Below, piece after piece: positions 11,633-22,488 of a DNA stretch of 64,000 nucleotides; position 1 is the first letter of the stretch; each line of letters opens with the position of its first letter. A model generated the notes under the pieces. That model was not told the origin of the DNA, searched no databases, and worked only from the letters and a program-made list of their open reading frames with translations. The DNA is from an uncultured Nitrospinota bacterium (GTDB lineage: Bacteria; Tectomicrobia; Entotheonellia; J063; CAVPRW01): positions 64,001 to 128,000 of the forward strand of contig CAVPRW010000022.1 in NCBI GenBank assembly GCA_963707985.1, read 5' to 3'. The position numbers were made by a program, and so were the translations under genes.

Positions 11633-12583
11633 TCACTGATACCTGATCCGCGGATCCAGCCATGAATAAGACATGTCCACCAGCAGATTCAAAAACACCA
11701 AAGTGGCAGATAGGAACAGGACATTCGCCTGTATTTGCGGATAGTCGCGAAAGCCAATCGAAGAAAAGGTCAGAAATCCCACGCCCGGTAGGGAAAACAG
11801 GGTCTCCAGAATCACGGTGCCGCCCAGCAGTGTACCCAACTGCGTGCCAAGAATCGTCAGCACGGGTATCAGCGCATTCTTGAGGGCATGCCGATACACC
11901 ACAGCCCCTTCCCGGAGTCCCTTCGCATGCGCCGTACGCACGTAGTCCTGCCGCAGCACCTCCAACATATTGGCCCGTACCATACGAGCCGTGGTCGCCG
12001 AGAGTCGTAAGCCAAGGACCATCACCGGCAAACAAAATTGTTGGAGATTCATGAACGGATCATCGAGCAACGACACATACCCCAGGGGCGGGAGAAATCC
12101 CCAGGCTAGGGAAAAGTAAAGTATGAGCAGCGTGCCGACCCAAAAATCAGGCACCGAGATGCCCAAGATCGCGAAGATTTGTGCGATATAATCCGTCCAG
12201 GTATCTTGTCGCACGGCGGAGAGTATGCCTAGTGGCACAGCGATCAACACGGCCAGGGTCAGCCCACCGAACGCCAGCTCAGCACTGATGGGAATGGCCG
12301 CCCATAAGCGTTCAGCGGTAGGCTCTCTGGTCCACAGGGAGCGGCCGAGGTCGCCGCGGGCAAGGCCCCCCGCCCAGTTTCCCATCTGCTCGAGAAAGGA
12401 GTGGTCCAGGCCCAGCTCGCGTCGCACCGCCTGAATGCTCTCATCGGTGACGACACCAACCTCCTGGAGGCGTGCGATAACGGCATCACCCGGAATGAGA
12501 TGCATCAGGGAGAAGACCAGAAGGCTAACGAGCATGAGCGTCGGGGCAGCCAGGAGGGCACGTCTGATCAGATACGGCCGCAT
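11633..12583 (-). CDS. Peptide/nickel ABC transporter permease (DppB/OppB-like)
   Basis: IPGD, GDLGRSL, DYVRTAHAKGL, LDPRI. Confidence 0.92.
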   Translation of the reverse strand: MRPYLIRRALLAAPTLMLVSLLVFSLMHLIPGDAVIARLQEVGVVTDESIQAVRRELGLDHSFLEQMGNWAGGLARGDLGRSLWTREPTAERLWAAIPISAELAFGGLTLAVLIAVPLGILSAVRQDTWTDYIAQIFAILGISVPDFWVGTLLILYFSLAWGFLPPLGYVSLLDDPFMNLQQFCLPVMVLGLRLSATTARMVRANMLEVLRQDYVRTAHAKGLREGAVVYRHALKNALIPVLTILGTQLGTLLGGTVILETLFSLPGVGFLTFSSIGFRDYPQIQANVLFLSATLVFLNLLVDMSYSWLDPRIRYQ

Positions 12584-12600
12584 ACCACTCTTCTCTCTTC

Positions 12601-14412
12601 CTACCGATCCAACCAGGTATACTCCATGGCATGAGCCCCCCAACCATGCTGGAACATGTAGAGCTCATGCGTCACCCAATTACGCACGTAGGGTTTGGTG
12701 AACTCGGCATAGTAGTACATCGACACCCAGAGTCGGTAGACCTGGTCTAGCTCGCGCTCACGGATTTGCCGTGCAAGGGCTTTACGTTTTTCCAGGTCAA
12801 ATTCCTGCTGTTGGGCCTCAATGAGTCTGTCCAATTCCGGATCATTGACACCGGCATAGTTTTCGGGGCCTTGAGAATGCACCTTCATGACATAGGTGTT
12901 CAGGCTTGTCCCCGCCCCGACCGTAGCTCCAGCCATGACGCCCTTCCACGTTTTGCTGCGAAACATGGCTTGAAACGCCGTTTGCTCTGTGAGCTTCAAA
13001 TTCGCCTGAACCCCGATGGCGCGCCAATAATCAAGAACCGTTTCCACTTGCCCCGCCAAGAACGGCACCATGGCTCCGCCACGCACCCAGCTGTAGACGT
13101 CGAAGGTCAACGGTTTGGACTGGTCATAGCCGGCTTCCTCCAGGAGTGCCTTGGCTTTGGAGGGATCATACTGAAACCATGGGCCGAATTCTTCGCATGG
13201 ATAGGGATACGTTCGGCCGAGCCACCAGGTCGGCACGGTGCCATAGGGACAATAGCCCTGACCCACAGCTCGTTTGAGAACGGCCGCTCGGTCGACGGCC
13301 ATGGCTAAGGCTCGACGCACCCTGACGTCATTGAATGGGGGCTCCCGGAGCTGGAATTGCCACATGATATTGCCGCCAGTATTCATCTCCGAGACGCGCA
13401 GGTGAGCGGTCGTCCCCGGCGTCTCTGTCCGTAGCAGGGTTTCGACTTCGTCCCACGAGAAGGCATACACCTGGTCGAGCTTACCCGTTCGGAAGGCCGC
13501 TTTTTGCGTGGCAGGATCCGGCACCCACAGCAATTCAATGGCGTCCAGGTAGGGCAATGATTGACCGAACTTGTCTTTCTTCCAGTAGGTTGGGTTGCGC
13601 TTGAAAGCAAGAATATTTTGCTTCACATGTTTCGCCACGGTGAATGGGCCCGAGCCAAGTGGTGGTGCCACACCCACCCCGCCCTCGCGCTCATAGGCTT
13701 CTTTGGGGAACACGAAGTAACCAGGCTGGGTCAGGCTATCGATAAAATCCGGAAACGGCTGCTTGAGGTTGATGATGAGGGTGGATTCATCTGGCGCTTC
13801 AATGCTTTCCACCATCTGGAACGTGGCCCACTGTTGGAAGGCCTTTGGGTCACGGTATTTGTCGTACGCAAACTTGATGTCCTGAGCCGTCAGGCGTCGG
13901 CCGTTCAGGGGCGGGACATCCTGCCACCTCGCCTCAGGGCGGATCTTGAAGGTGTATTGGGTTGGGCTAGTCTGCTGCCAGGTCTCGCACAAGTCGCAAA
14001 TCGGAAAGAGCTGCTGAAGGTTCGCACCCTGTGTCTCAAAGGCTGTGGTCAAGGTCATATCGACCTGCATCAGTTTATTGTAGACCACGCTGCCCCACCC
14101 CAATGTGCCGGTATTGCCGGTAAACGGGTCCCAGTTGGTGGGCTCATTGCGTAAGTCCAGGTGTAAGGTACCTCCATACTTGGGCTTGCCCGCGTAATTC
14201 GGCAGCTTGCTCCAGTGGTACTGGGCAATCACCGGATGGGCCTGGGCTAATTCCGGTGCGATCAAGCTTTCGCCCACTGCGGCCAACGGTGTGACCAACG
14301 GCTGTGCCGCAGCCTGGACGCTCGCCAGGACCATGGCCACTATGAAGACGCCCCCCAAGTGGACCCAGCTTTGACGTTGTCTCTCTTCAGGAATTTTCAT
14401 CGAGAGTTTCAT
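12601..14412 (-). CDS. ABC substrate-binding protein, family 5
   Basis: RBS GAGGAG; hydrophobic N-terminal segment; KYGG, GSGPF, PPFNDVRVRRA. Confidence 0.9.
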   Translation of the reverse strand: MKLSMKIPEERQRQSWVHLGGVFIVAMVLASVQAAAQPLVTPLAAVGESLIAPELAQAHPVIAQYHWSKLPNYAGKPKYGGTLHLDLRNEPTNWDPFTGNTGTLGWGSVVYNKLMQVDMTLTTAFETQGANLQQLFPICDLCETWQQTSPTQYTFKIRPEARWQDVPPLNGRRLTAQDIKFAYDKYRDPKAFQQWATFQMVESIEAPDESTLIINLKQPFPDFIDSLTQPGYFVFPKEAYEREGGVGVAPPLGSGPFTVAKHVKQNILAFKRNPTYWKKDKFGQSLPYLDAIELLWVPDPATQKAAFRTGKLDQVYAFSWDEVETLLRTETPGTTAHLRVSEMNTGGNIMWQFQLREPPFNDVRVRRALAMAVDRAAVLKRAVGQGYCPYGTVPTWWLGRTYPYPCEEFGPWFQYDPSKAKALLEEAGYDQSKPLTFDVYSWVRGGAMVPFLAGQVETVLDYWRAIGVQANLKLTEQTAFQAMFRSKTWKGVMAGATVGAGTSLNTYVMKVHSQGPENYAGVNDPELDRLIEAQQQEFDLEKRKALARQIRERELDQVYRLWVSMYYYAEFTKPYVRNWVTHELYMFQHGWGAHAMEYTWLDR

Positions 14413-14915
14413 ATACTCCTCGTCTGGTGAACCATGCGCTCGCATCCCCGATGGTCAGCGCTGGGTACCAGCTATAAATTAGAACGATGGAGCAAGACTG
14501 ATGCCGACTCCCACGTCGCTGAGCATCCGCGGCTCTATGACGGTTTTAGCGATGTGGCTAGCCCAGATCGACACTTTCGAGGGCTTGAGCGAAGTTTTCC
14601 AGCCCGAATTGCCATGTTTCCTGAGCAACAGATAGGCAGCAAATTGTCTGGCAGGCAACAGACCGTTGTCTCGGAGGCGATCAGCTGGGTGAATGTGCCG
14701 CTTGACGTGTATGGGCGCGAGCCGTATAACAGCCCTCATGCGGTCGGATGAGCGTCAGTGTACCCGCAGACCAATGAGCCCCTGTCTCACACGGGCATAC
14801 TTACCTTACGTATGGGGTAACCCCCATTCGCGGGTGCCCCCCGGAAGTCGCGTATCCATGATGCCTGCGGAACTATTCTTGCCGTCGGTTGTCTCCTGTT
14901 TCGACACCTATTCCC

Positions 14916-15018
14916 CCTTCTCCCTCCAGGAGAGGGCTTACAAGGGTAGGTTCTTTTAGACATGATACTGACCCTGGTGCCTTGCGCCCTCTCCCTCCGG
15001 GAGAGGGCGGGGTGAGGG
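14916..15018. repeat. Two REP-like palindromes of the CCCTCTCCCTCCGGGAGAGGG family
   Basis: Copies at 14916-14936 and 14987-15018; a third at 23795. Confidence 0.7.
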
Positions 15019-15119
15019 TGACATAGAGTCAGGGAGAGCGCTTGCATTTGTAAGGTCGCCACCCGCTCAACCGGAACCGCTATAGGTGTGGCACTGGCGC
15101 CGCGATGGAGGTCGCAACG

Positions 15120-15595
15120 ATGGTAAAGCTGAAAGTCAATCACCAGGATTATGCCGTCGACGTCAGTCCGGACACGCCGTTGCTCTGGGTGCTGCGGGAA
15201 ACGCTCGGGCTGACCGGGACCAAGTATCGGCTGTGGCATGGCGCTGTGCGGCGCCTGCACCGTCCACCTCGACGGCGAGGCGGTGCGATCGTGCGTCACG
15301 CCGGTGTCGCGCGCCGCGGACAAGGAGGTCACGACGATCGAAGGCCTCTCCCCCGACCTGCAGCCATCCGCTGCAGCAGGCCTGGATCGCTGTGGACGTG
15401 CCGCAGTGCGGCTACTGCCAGTCGGGGCAGATCATGGCCGCCGCCGTGCTGCTGCGCGAAAACCCCGCATCCCACCGACGCCGACATCGACGACGCGATG
15501 TCGCGGCAATATCTGCCGCTGCGGGACCTATCAGCGCATCCGCCGCGCCATTCATCGGGCGGCCGAGCTGGCAGGCGAAAGGAGGCGAGGAATGA
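15120..15595 (+). CDS. iorA: (2Fe-2S) small subunit, IorA/CoxS family; frameshifted
   Basis: [37 protein letters not shown]. Confidence 0.88.
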
Positions 15596-17778
15596 GCGAG
15601 ATCGTCAATGTCAGCCGTCGCGATTTCTTCAGGACCAGCCTGGCTGGCTGGCGGAGGTCTGATACTGGGCCTTTACTCTGCACCCAGCTGGCTGATCCGG
15701 CTGGCGCGGCGCAACGATCGGCGACGACCTTCGCGCCCAATGCCTTCGTCCGCATCGGCACGGATGACTCCGTGACCGTGATCGTCAACCACTCCGAAAT
15801 GGGGCAGGGCGTTATACCGGCGCTGCCGATGCTGGTGGCCGAGGAGCTCGACGCCGATTGGAGCAAGGTCCGCGTCGAGGCCGCGCCGGTTGACCCGGCC
15901 TACAACCACACGCTCTTCGGCATTCAGATGACCGGCGGCAGCACCAGCACCTGGACCGAGTGGGAGCGGCTGCGCCAGGCCGGGGCGATGGCGCGGGCGA
16001 TGCTGATCGCCGCCGCGGCCGCAGGCGTGGAAGGTCGATCCGGCGAGCTGCCGAGCCGAGAATGGCCAGGTCATTCACACGGCCTCGCGGCGGCAGCTGT
16101 CCTACGGCGAACTGGCGGAGAAGGCCGCCGACCTGACGCCGCCGCAGAACGTCGCGCTGAAAGACCCCAAAGATTTCAAGCTCATCGGCAAACCGACCAA
16201 GCGCCTCGACACGCCCGAGAAGATCAACGGCAAGGCGGTGTTCGGCCTTGATGTCAACGTGCCCGGGCATGCTCACGCGCTGGTCGTCGCCCGTCCACCC
16301 GTCTTCGGCGGCAAGGTGAAAAGCTTCGATGCCGACAAGGCGAAGGCCGTGCCCGGTGTGCGGCACGTCGTGGAGATCGATCGCGGCATCGCGGTGGTCG
16401 CCGACGGCTTTTGGCCCGCCACGAAAGGCCGCGAGGCCTTGCAGATCGTCTGGGACGAAGGGCCGCTCGCCGGACTCGATAGCCGGAAGCAGCGCGAGCA
16501 GTATGCGGAACTCTGGCCAAACAGCCCGGGGCCGTGGCCAGAAAAGAAGGCGACGTGGCCGACAGCCATGGGCCGCGCTGCCAAGAAACTCGAAGCGGTG
16601 TATGAGCTGCCCTACCTCGCCCACGCGCACCATGGAGCCGCTCAACTGCGTCGCCGACGTACGCCCCGACCGCTGCGAGGTCTGGACTGGGCACGCAGTT
16701 CCAAACCGGCGATCGCATGGCCGCGGCACAAATCGCCGGACTCAAACCCGAACAGGTCAACGCTCCACACCACGCTGCTGGGCGGTGGCTTCGGCCGGCG
16801 CGCCGTCTTCGACAGCCACTTCGTGCGTGAGGCGGTGCAGGTTTCCAAAGCCGTCAAGGCGCCGGTCAAAGTGATCTGGACGCGCGAAGACGACACGCGC
16901 GGTGGTTACTACCGACCCGCTGCCTATCACTCCGATCGGCGGCGGTCTGGATGCGTCGGGAAATCCCGTGGCCTGGCAGCATCGCATCGTTTGTCCAGTC
17001 CTTCATGGCCGACACGCCCTTCGAGGCCGCGATCATCAAAGATGGCGTCGACCACACCGCCGTCGAAGGGGCCGCCGATCTGCCCTACGACATTCCCAAT
17101 CTGCTGGTGGACTGGAAGAGAGCTCCCGACGGCGTCCCGACCTTGTGGTGGCGGTCGGTGGGACATTCGCACACCGCCTTCGTGGTCGAGAGCTTTGTCG
17201 ACGAACTGGCGCACGCCGCGGGCAGAGACCCCTGGAATTCCGCCGGGCACTGCTGGGAAAGCGCCCCCGCTACAAAGCGGTCCTTGAGCTCGCCGCCGAA
17301 AAGGCCGGCTGGGGGACAGCCACTCCCGGAAGGGCATGGACGTGGTCTGGCCGTGCATGAATCGTTCGGAAGTTTCGTGGCGGAGGTCGCGGAGGTCTCG
17401 GTCGCCAGAGATGGGCAAGGTCAAAGTGCACCGCGTCGTCTGCGCGGTCGATTGCGGCCCGGTTGTCAACCCGGATACGATTCAAGCCCAGATGGAAGGC
17501 GCGGATCGTCTTCGGCCTGACCGCCGCGCTGTACGGTGAGATCACCTTCGAAAACGGGCGCGTGCAACAGCGCAATTTCCACGACTACCCGATGCTGCGG
17601 ATGCAACGAAATGCCGGTGGTCGAGACGCACATCGTGCCCAGTACGGAGAAGATGGGCGGCGTCGGCGAGACCGGCGTGCCACCGATTGCCCCGGCCGTG
17701 GCCAACGCCATCTTCGCCGCCACCGGCAAACGCATCCGGCGTCTGCCGATCCGTGCTGAAGACTTGCGCAAAGCCTAA
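15592..17778 (+). CDS. iorB: Molybdopterin-binding subunit, IorB/xanthine dehydrogenase family; many frameshifts
   Basis: Tat-like [47 protein letters not shown]. Confidence 0.85.
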
Positions 17779-17893
17779 GACGATGGACAGGCATCGTTGG
17801 TGGTATCGCCTCTGCTGAGCCCTCCGGGGCCTTTAGTGTTCCCTCTCCCCCAATTCACCCACCATCTCTTGGTCGACTAGCAGGAGGATCACG

Positions 17894-18502
17894 ATGGCAG
17901 ATACCGTGCTCGATCGGCAAGACCGGGTCACACGCGTCCTGAAGTGGCTAGGAATCTTTGCTGCACTGTTCTTGTTGATTTCAATCCACCAATTCTTAGG
18001 GGGCAGACAGATGGCCGGCATGCGCCCTTTGCCGGCCGAAGCGGCCCAGGTGTCGGGTCAGCCGGATGAGGGCGGGGCTCGCGAGGCCCTCCTGGCAGCG
18101 TACTCGGTCTTCATGCACCCGCGCTGCATGAACTGCCATCCGGTGGGAGACATCCCACTCCAAGGAGAGGATAGCCACGTGCATGCTCAAGGGGTCAAAC
18201 GAGGTGCGAATGGGCAAGGCCTGTACGGGATGAAATGCGGTGCCTGCCATCAGTTGACCAACCTGCCTGGCGCCAATATGCCCCCGTGGGTGCCTCACTG
18301 GCACATGCCGCCCCCGACGATGCGCATGGTATTCGAGGGGAAATCAGCGGGCGATCTCTGCCGGCAACTGAAAGACCCGCAACAGAATGGAGGCAGAAGC
18401 CTTGAAGCGGCCATCGAGCATCTCGATGCCGATCCACTGGTGTTCTGGGGTTGGACCCCAGGGGACGGGCGTAGCATGCCGCCGTTAAGCCATGCCGAAT
18501 TT
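17894..18502 (+). pseudogene. Membrane-anchored diheme c-type cytochrome associated with IorAB, cut by an IS near its C-terminus
   Basis: N-terminal TM helix; CMNCH and CGACH; frame enters the IS TIR after PPLSHAEF. Confidence 0.8.
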
Positions 18503-19911
18503 CCACATTCCATCGGATTTCGTGGTGGAGGGTATCCCTGCTCATCGAAAGCCTCCAGAGGTGAGGATTTGGACATTGAGGAACCAGTCGCGTGTCGGGA
18601 CTGGTCCTCCTTCGACTTCTACCCCACACTGCCCGGCATGCAGGGCGCGACGCTGGGAGGGCACCAGGTTGTACAGATGGGCCAGCCCTCGAAGAAACGC
18701 CTCTTGGCTGCCAGCTGGATGGTGAAAGCCTTGCATCGCGAAAAGTTTCCGCTCAATGGCGTTATGGGCCTGATCCAGCAGGGTGCTCATCACGGGCATC
18801 TGCGGGTCTTCGCGCACCGCATACCACCCCGCCTGCTGGTCCTGAAACCAGCGCCGGACGTGCGCCCCGTTAGCCACCCCGGCGCTGTGAGTCACGTGAT
18901 CGGCAACGCGGCGTAACTGCTGGCCGAGTGCAAACACCCGTACGCCTCGCCGCTGTCGCGCCCGGTACAACAAGGTGTGAAAGTGCGAGCGCAAGGCCTT
19001 GCGGACAGGCGACGCGATGGCCGCCAGTTTCTTCGGGAGCTTGATGAGCGCGTGGCGGAGACAGTTGCCGAGACGCGCTCCGGGAAAGAGCGTCTGCAGG
19101 CTCTTGGTGGTGCTGTCGAAGCCATCGGTGAGGATGCCCCGGACCCGATAGGCTGAGATGCCGCACGTTGAAACTCTTGATACGACTGGGTAAACGCCGC
19201 CGCACTGGCGGCCTCGGTATAGCCTAGATGCCAGATGACGCGACCACTGACGATCGTGGGCAACTACACCTGCTCGGTGAGGCAGTGACGATGCTTTTCA
19301 TCGGCCAGGCAATATGCCGGGAGCGGCAACCCACACCGGGGAAGCACGGCCACAAGACGCTGTTGTCCGAGCGCACAGATGAGGCGATAGAGTGCCATCG
19401 GGGAGACATGGCAGATCACGGCGCACCGCTCCAAACTGAGGCCTCCATGGGTGGCCAGCAACGCGTCGCGGGCGACATCAGGATGCATCTGGCGATAGCG
19501 CAAGACGAAGTGGGGGAGGACCGTCAACACCGCGCGACACCTCGGGCACTGGAGACGCCAGATCGCGAGGCCGCCGAGACGGACCCGCACATAGTGCGAA
19601 TGACGCGTCAGGCATCCTCCCCCATCACAGGTCGCCTGATGTTTGAGTTGGAAGCCGAGGGCGAGGCGGAAGGCGAGCACACATTCACCAAATGCCTTGC
19701 CGTCTGCCATCAGGCGGAAGTACGTGGCTTCATCTCGAAAATCGACGGTGATGGTGCGGTTTTCTCGCGTCGGTTTGGCCGCTGTGCCCATGGGGCACCC
19801 CTCTGTCCTCAGGTCTCGTCAGCTGATGAGACACGATGGGGGTCACACACTGAAATCTCAAGATAATCATGAATGGCTCGGAACGTTACCACGAAATCCG
19901 ATGGAATGTGG
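18503..19911 (-). mobile_element. Insertion sequence, 1409 bp, with perfect 24-bp TIRs
   Basis: CCACATTCCATCGGATTTCGTGGT at 18503-18526; exact reverse complement at 19888-19911. Confidence 0.9.
18542..19791 (-). pseudogene. DDE-type transposase with an internal stop at 19264 and a frameshift near 19150
   Basis: CPRC zinc-ribbon half, ADEKH, LTDGF, CLRH; fills the TIR-bounded unit. Confidence 0.7.
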
Positions 19912-19998
19912 GTTTTCCCTCTGGCAGCAGAGCTGGATGATATAGAGCGACCTGCTCGTCATAGCAAGGGCATCGATTAAGAACACGGAGCATGATCT

Positions 19999-20217
19999 AT
20001 GGCGTCATCCTCACAACTGGAGCAACGTGTGGCCAACCTGGAAGCAGAGGTCGCCGCATTGAAACGGAAGCTCGACAAGCTGGACAGGGCTATCCCGTGG
20101 TGGGAGCAGATTGCAGGCACGTTTGAGAACGATCCGATCTACGAGCAGGCTATGCAGCTTGGGCGCGAGTATCGCCAGTCACTGCGGCCGAAATCCGTAC
20201 CACGCCACAAACAGTAG
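19999..20217 (+). CDS. Putative antitoxin
   Basis: 72 aa with coiled coil and PWWEQIAGTF; 9 bp before the PIN gene. Confidence 0.75.
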   Translation: MASSSQLEQRVANLEAEVAALKRKLDKLDRAIPWWEQIAGTFENDPIYEQAMQLGREYRQSLRPKSVPRHKQ

Positions 20218-20226
20218 ATACCCTCA

Positions 20227-20652
20227 ATGGTCGTACTCGATACGGATCATATGAGTCTGTTGGAGTGGAGCGCTGCACAGGGTTCGGCGAGATTACGTGC
20301 CCGTCTGGCCACGCTCCAGCCAGCAGAAGTGGTCACTACCATCATCAGTTATGAGGAGCAAGTGCGTGGGTGGATGGCCTATCTTGCTCGCCTCCGCTCG
20401 GTCACGCAACAAGCAGACGCATACCGTCGATTGCACCAGCAGTTAGATAATTACTGTCGGATTCCTGTCCTCGCGTTTGATGCTCCCGCGACGGTGGTGT
20501 TTCAGCGGCTCCGTCGCGCACGTCTGCGGATGGGGACTATGGACTTGAAGATTGCGGCTATTGTACTCTCCCGCGAGGCTACCCTGCTCCCTCGCAATCT
20601 CGCAGACTTCGGCCGGGTACCGGGGTTACAGGTCGAGGACTGGACCGTATGA
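20227..20652 (+). CDS. vapC: PIN-domain toxin (VapC family)
   Basis: VLDTDH, SYEE, MDLKIAAI, RNLADF. Confidence 0.9.
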   Translation: MVVLDTDHMSLLEWSAAQGSARLRARLATLQPAEVVTTIISYEEQVRGWMAYLARLRSVTQQADAYRRLHQQLDNYCRIPVLAFDAPATVVFQRLRRARLRMGTMDLKIAAIVLSREATLLPRNLADFGRVPGLQVEDWTV

Positions 20653-20743
20653 CATAGCAAATGACGATGGGTCAGTTTTGTGGGTCTTGTCCCATGGGCA
20701 AACGACCAGAGGCAAGGACAAGCGGCGCTACCGCCCTCTGGCC

Positions 20744-22478
20744 TCACACCTGGTTCAAGGTCAGGAGCAGTTCGGGGGTCAATGCCGCCGGATCGGTGAT
20801 CGGGCCCAGCTGCTTCTCGCCCATCTGGATGGTAGCACTGGCTCGTTGACTGTCTTGCCTTGCGTGAAACAGCAGCACCACATTGCCGTGTCGTAGGTGC
20901 ATCAGGCCACTGCGTGCCAGCGCCAGGACGTCAGGCGCACCAGGGGCTCCTGTAATGGCGATGTACAGGGGCAGGGTGAGAAGCTGCGCCAGGGCATGGC
21001 CGAAGCCGGCGGCGAACGCTTCGTACTGGCGGTGTGCGTTGGGAAAGCTCCGCAGCGCCCAGTAGGCGAGCTTGCGGTAATCGGTGTGGCCACTCAAATC
21101 GGCGAGCCGCACAAAGAAGGTGGCGACGCGGGCATTCTGCGTCAGCACGGTGATGGGCACCTGTAAGCTGGCGGGGCCAGTCTCGCTGATGTCGAAAAAG
21201 CCTCCGGTGGGGCTGCGATGCCGCTGCACAATGGCCGTGCCAAGCTGGATGGCACGTTCGAGATAGCGCGGCTGTCGTAACAGCGCATAGGCGTCCAACA
21301 TCGCCAGTCCAGTCATGGTGGTATCCATGAGCAGCCCCGGGACGTGTGGTGCCCCATCCCAGTAGTGATACATCGCGCCTGTTGGCGCCCGCAGGGTCTC
21401 CCAGAGGTGGTGGAGGATCTGCTCAGCCCGGACCCGACAGTCGTCCCGCCCCAGAAGCCACCACGCCTCAAGATAGGACGAGGCGGCTCTGGCGTTGGCG
21501 TCGCAATAGACATACTGGTCGAGCAGCGAGAGTAAGGGAAGCGGCCCAGAGGGGTGACTGGCGGGAGAGGGCAGTTCTGGCCTGACATAATCCTGGCAGC
21601 CCCAGAAGCAAGGCTGTGCGGGGTCCGTCAGCGTGGTGTTCAGGTAGTCTATCAGGCCCAGGGCCGTTTCTTTGTATGCGTCACGCTCGGTGAGAAGATA
21701 GGTGTAGAGGTAATTGCGTAAGAGCCCGGCCTGATCGTCGAGGAGTTTTTCCGGGTGCGGCTCGCGCCAGTCAGCGCGTGACGAGTAACGGAAGAAACCA
21801 CCATCTTTGTGGTCGAAGGTGCGGCTTTCCCGCATCTTCTCCAGGGTGAACGCCACATGGTCGAGATACGTCCTGTCGCCGCTGACGCCAGAGAGGTAGA
21901 GCAAGAAATCGTTGGCTTCCGTATGCAGGAATTTCGCTTGCGTGCCATAGCCGCCGTGCACATGGTCAGCGAGCCCTTCCAGCATGCCAGCGATCTCGGC
22001 CACAATAGGCGCCCCCAGAGGCGCCGGCGCCGCGTCGGCTTTGCGCTGCTGGGCTTCGCTACGGTTGCGGGCCGCCGTCTCCAGCAATCGTGGCTTTATC
22101 GCGCTGATAGGCATCCACCAGCCTGACCAGGAGGCTAATAAACGGCTCCGGGGCCAGATAATTGACCCGCAGGATGTCATCGCCGGCTGGGGTCAGAAAG
22201 GCAATGGTGGGCCAGCCATTCTGGTTGTAGCGCAGATCGACATCCGGGCGCTGCGACTCCTCAACGCGGATGGGCACGAAGAAGGCATTGAGGAGCGCGA
22301 TGACCTCATCGTTCGATAGAGTCGTGTCGTCCATGCGCTGGCAATAGCCGCACCAGAAGGCCGTGAGCCACAGGACAAGCGGTTTATCCTGCTGCTGTGC
22401 CTCCTGGAAGGCCTCGTCACCCCATGGCCGCCACTGGACCAGATGCGCCCGGTTGGGGCGTGGAGAAAAGCGGAACAT
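20744..22478 (-). CDS. DUF255/YyaL-like protein: thioredoxin-like domain plus helical-barrel domain; one frameshift near 22090
   Basis: VQWRPWGDEAF, WCGYC, RPDVDLRY..GWPT, GGFFRYS, EKLLDDQA. Confidence 0.85.
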
Positions 22479-22488
22479 AGGCTCTCTT

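Noticed and set aside
17894..18916. 340-aa ORF as a full-length cytochrome
   Set aside because: Sequence after 18502 is read-through into the antisense strand of the IS
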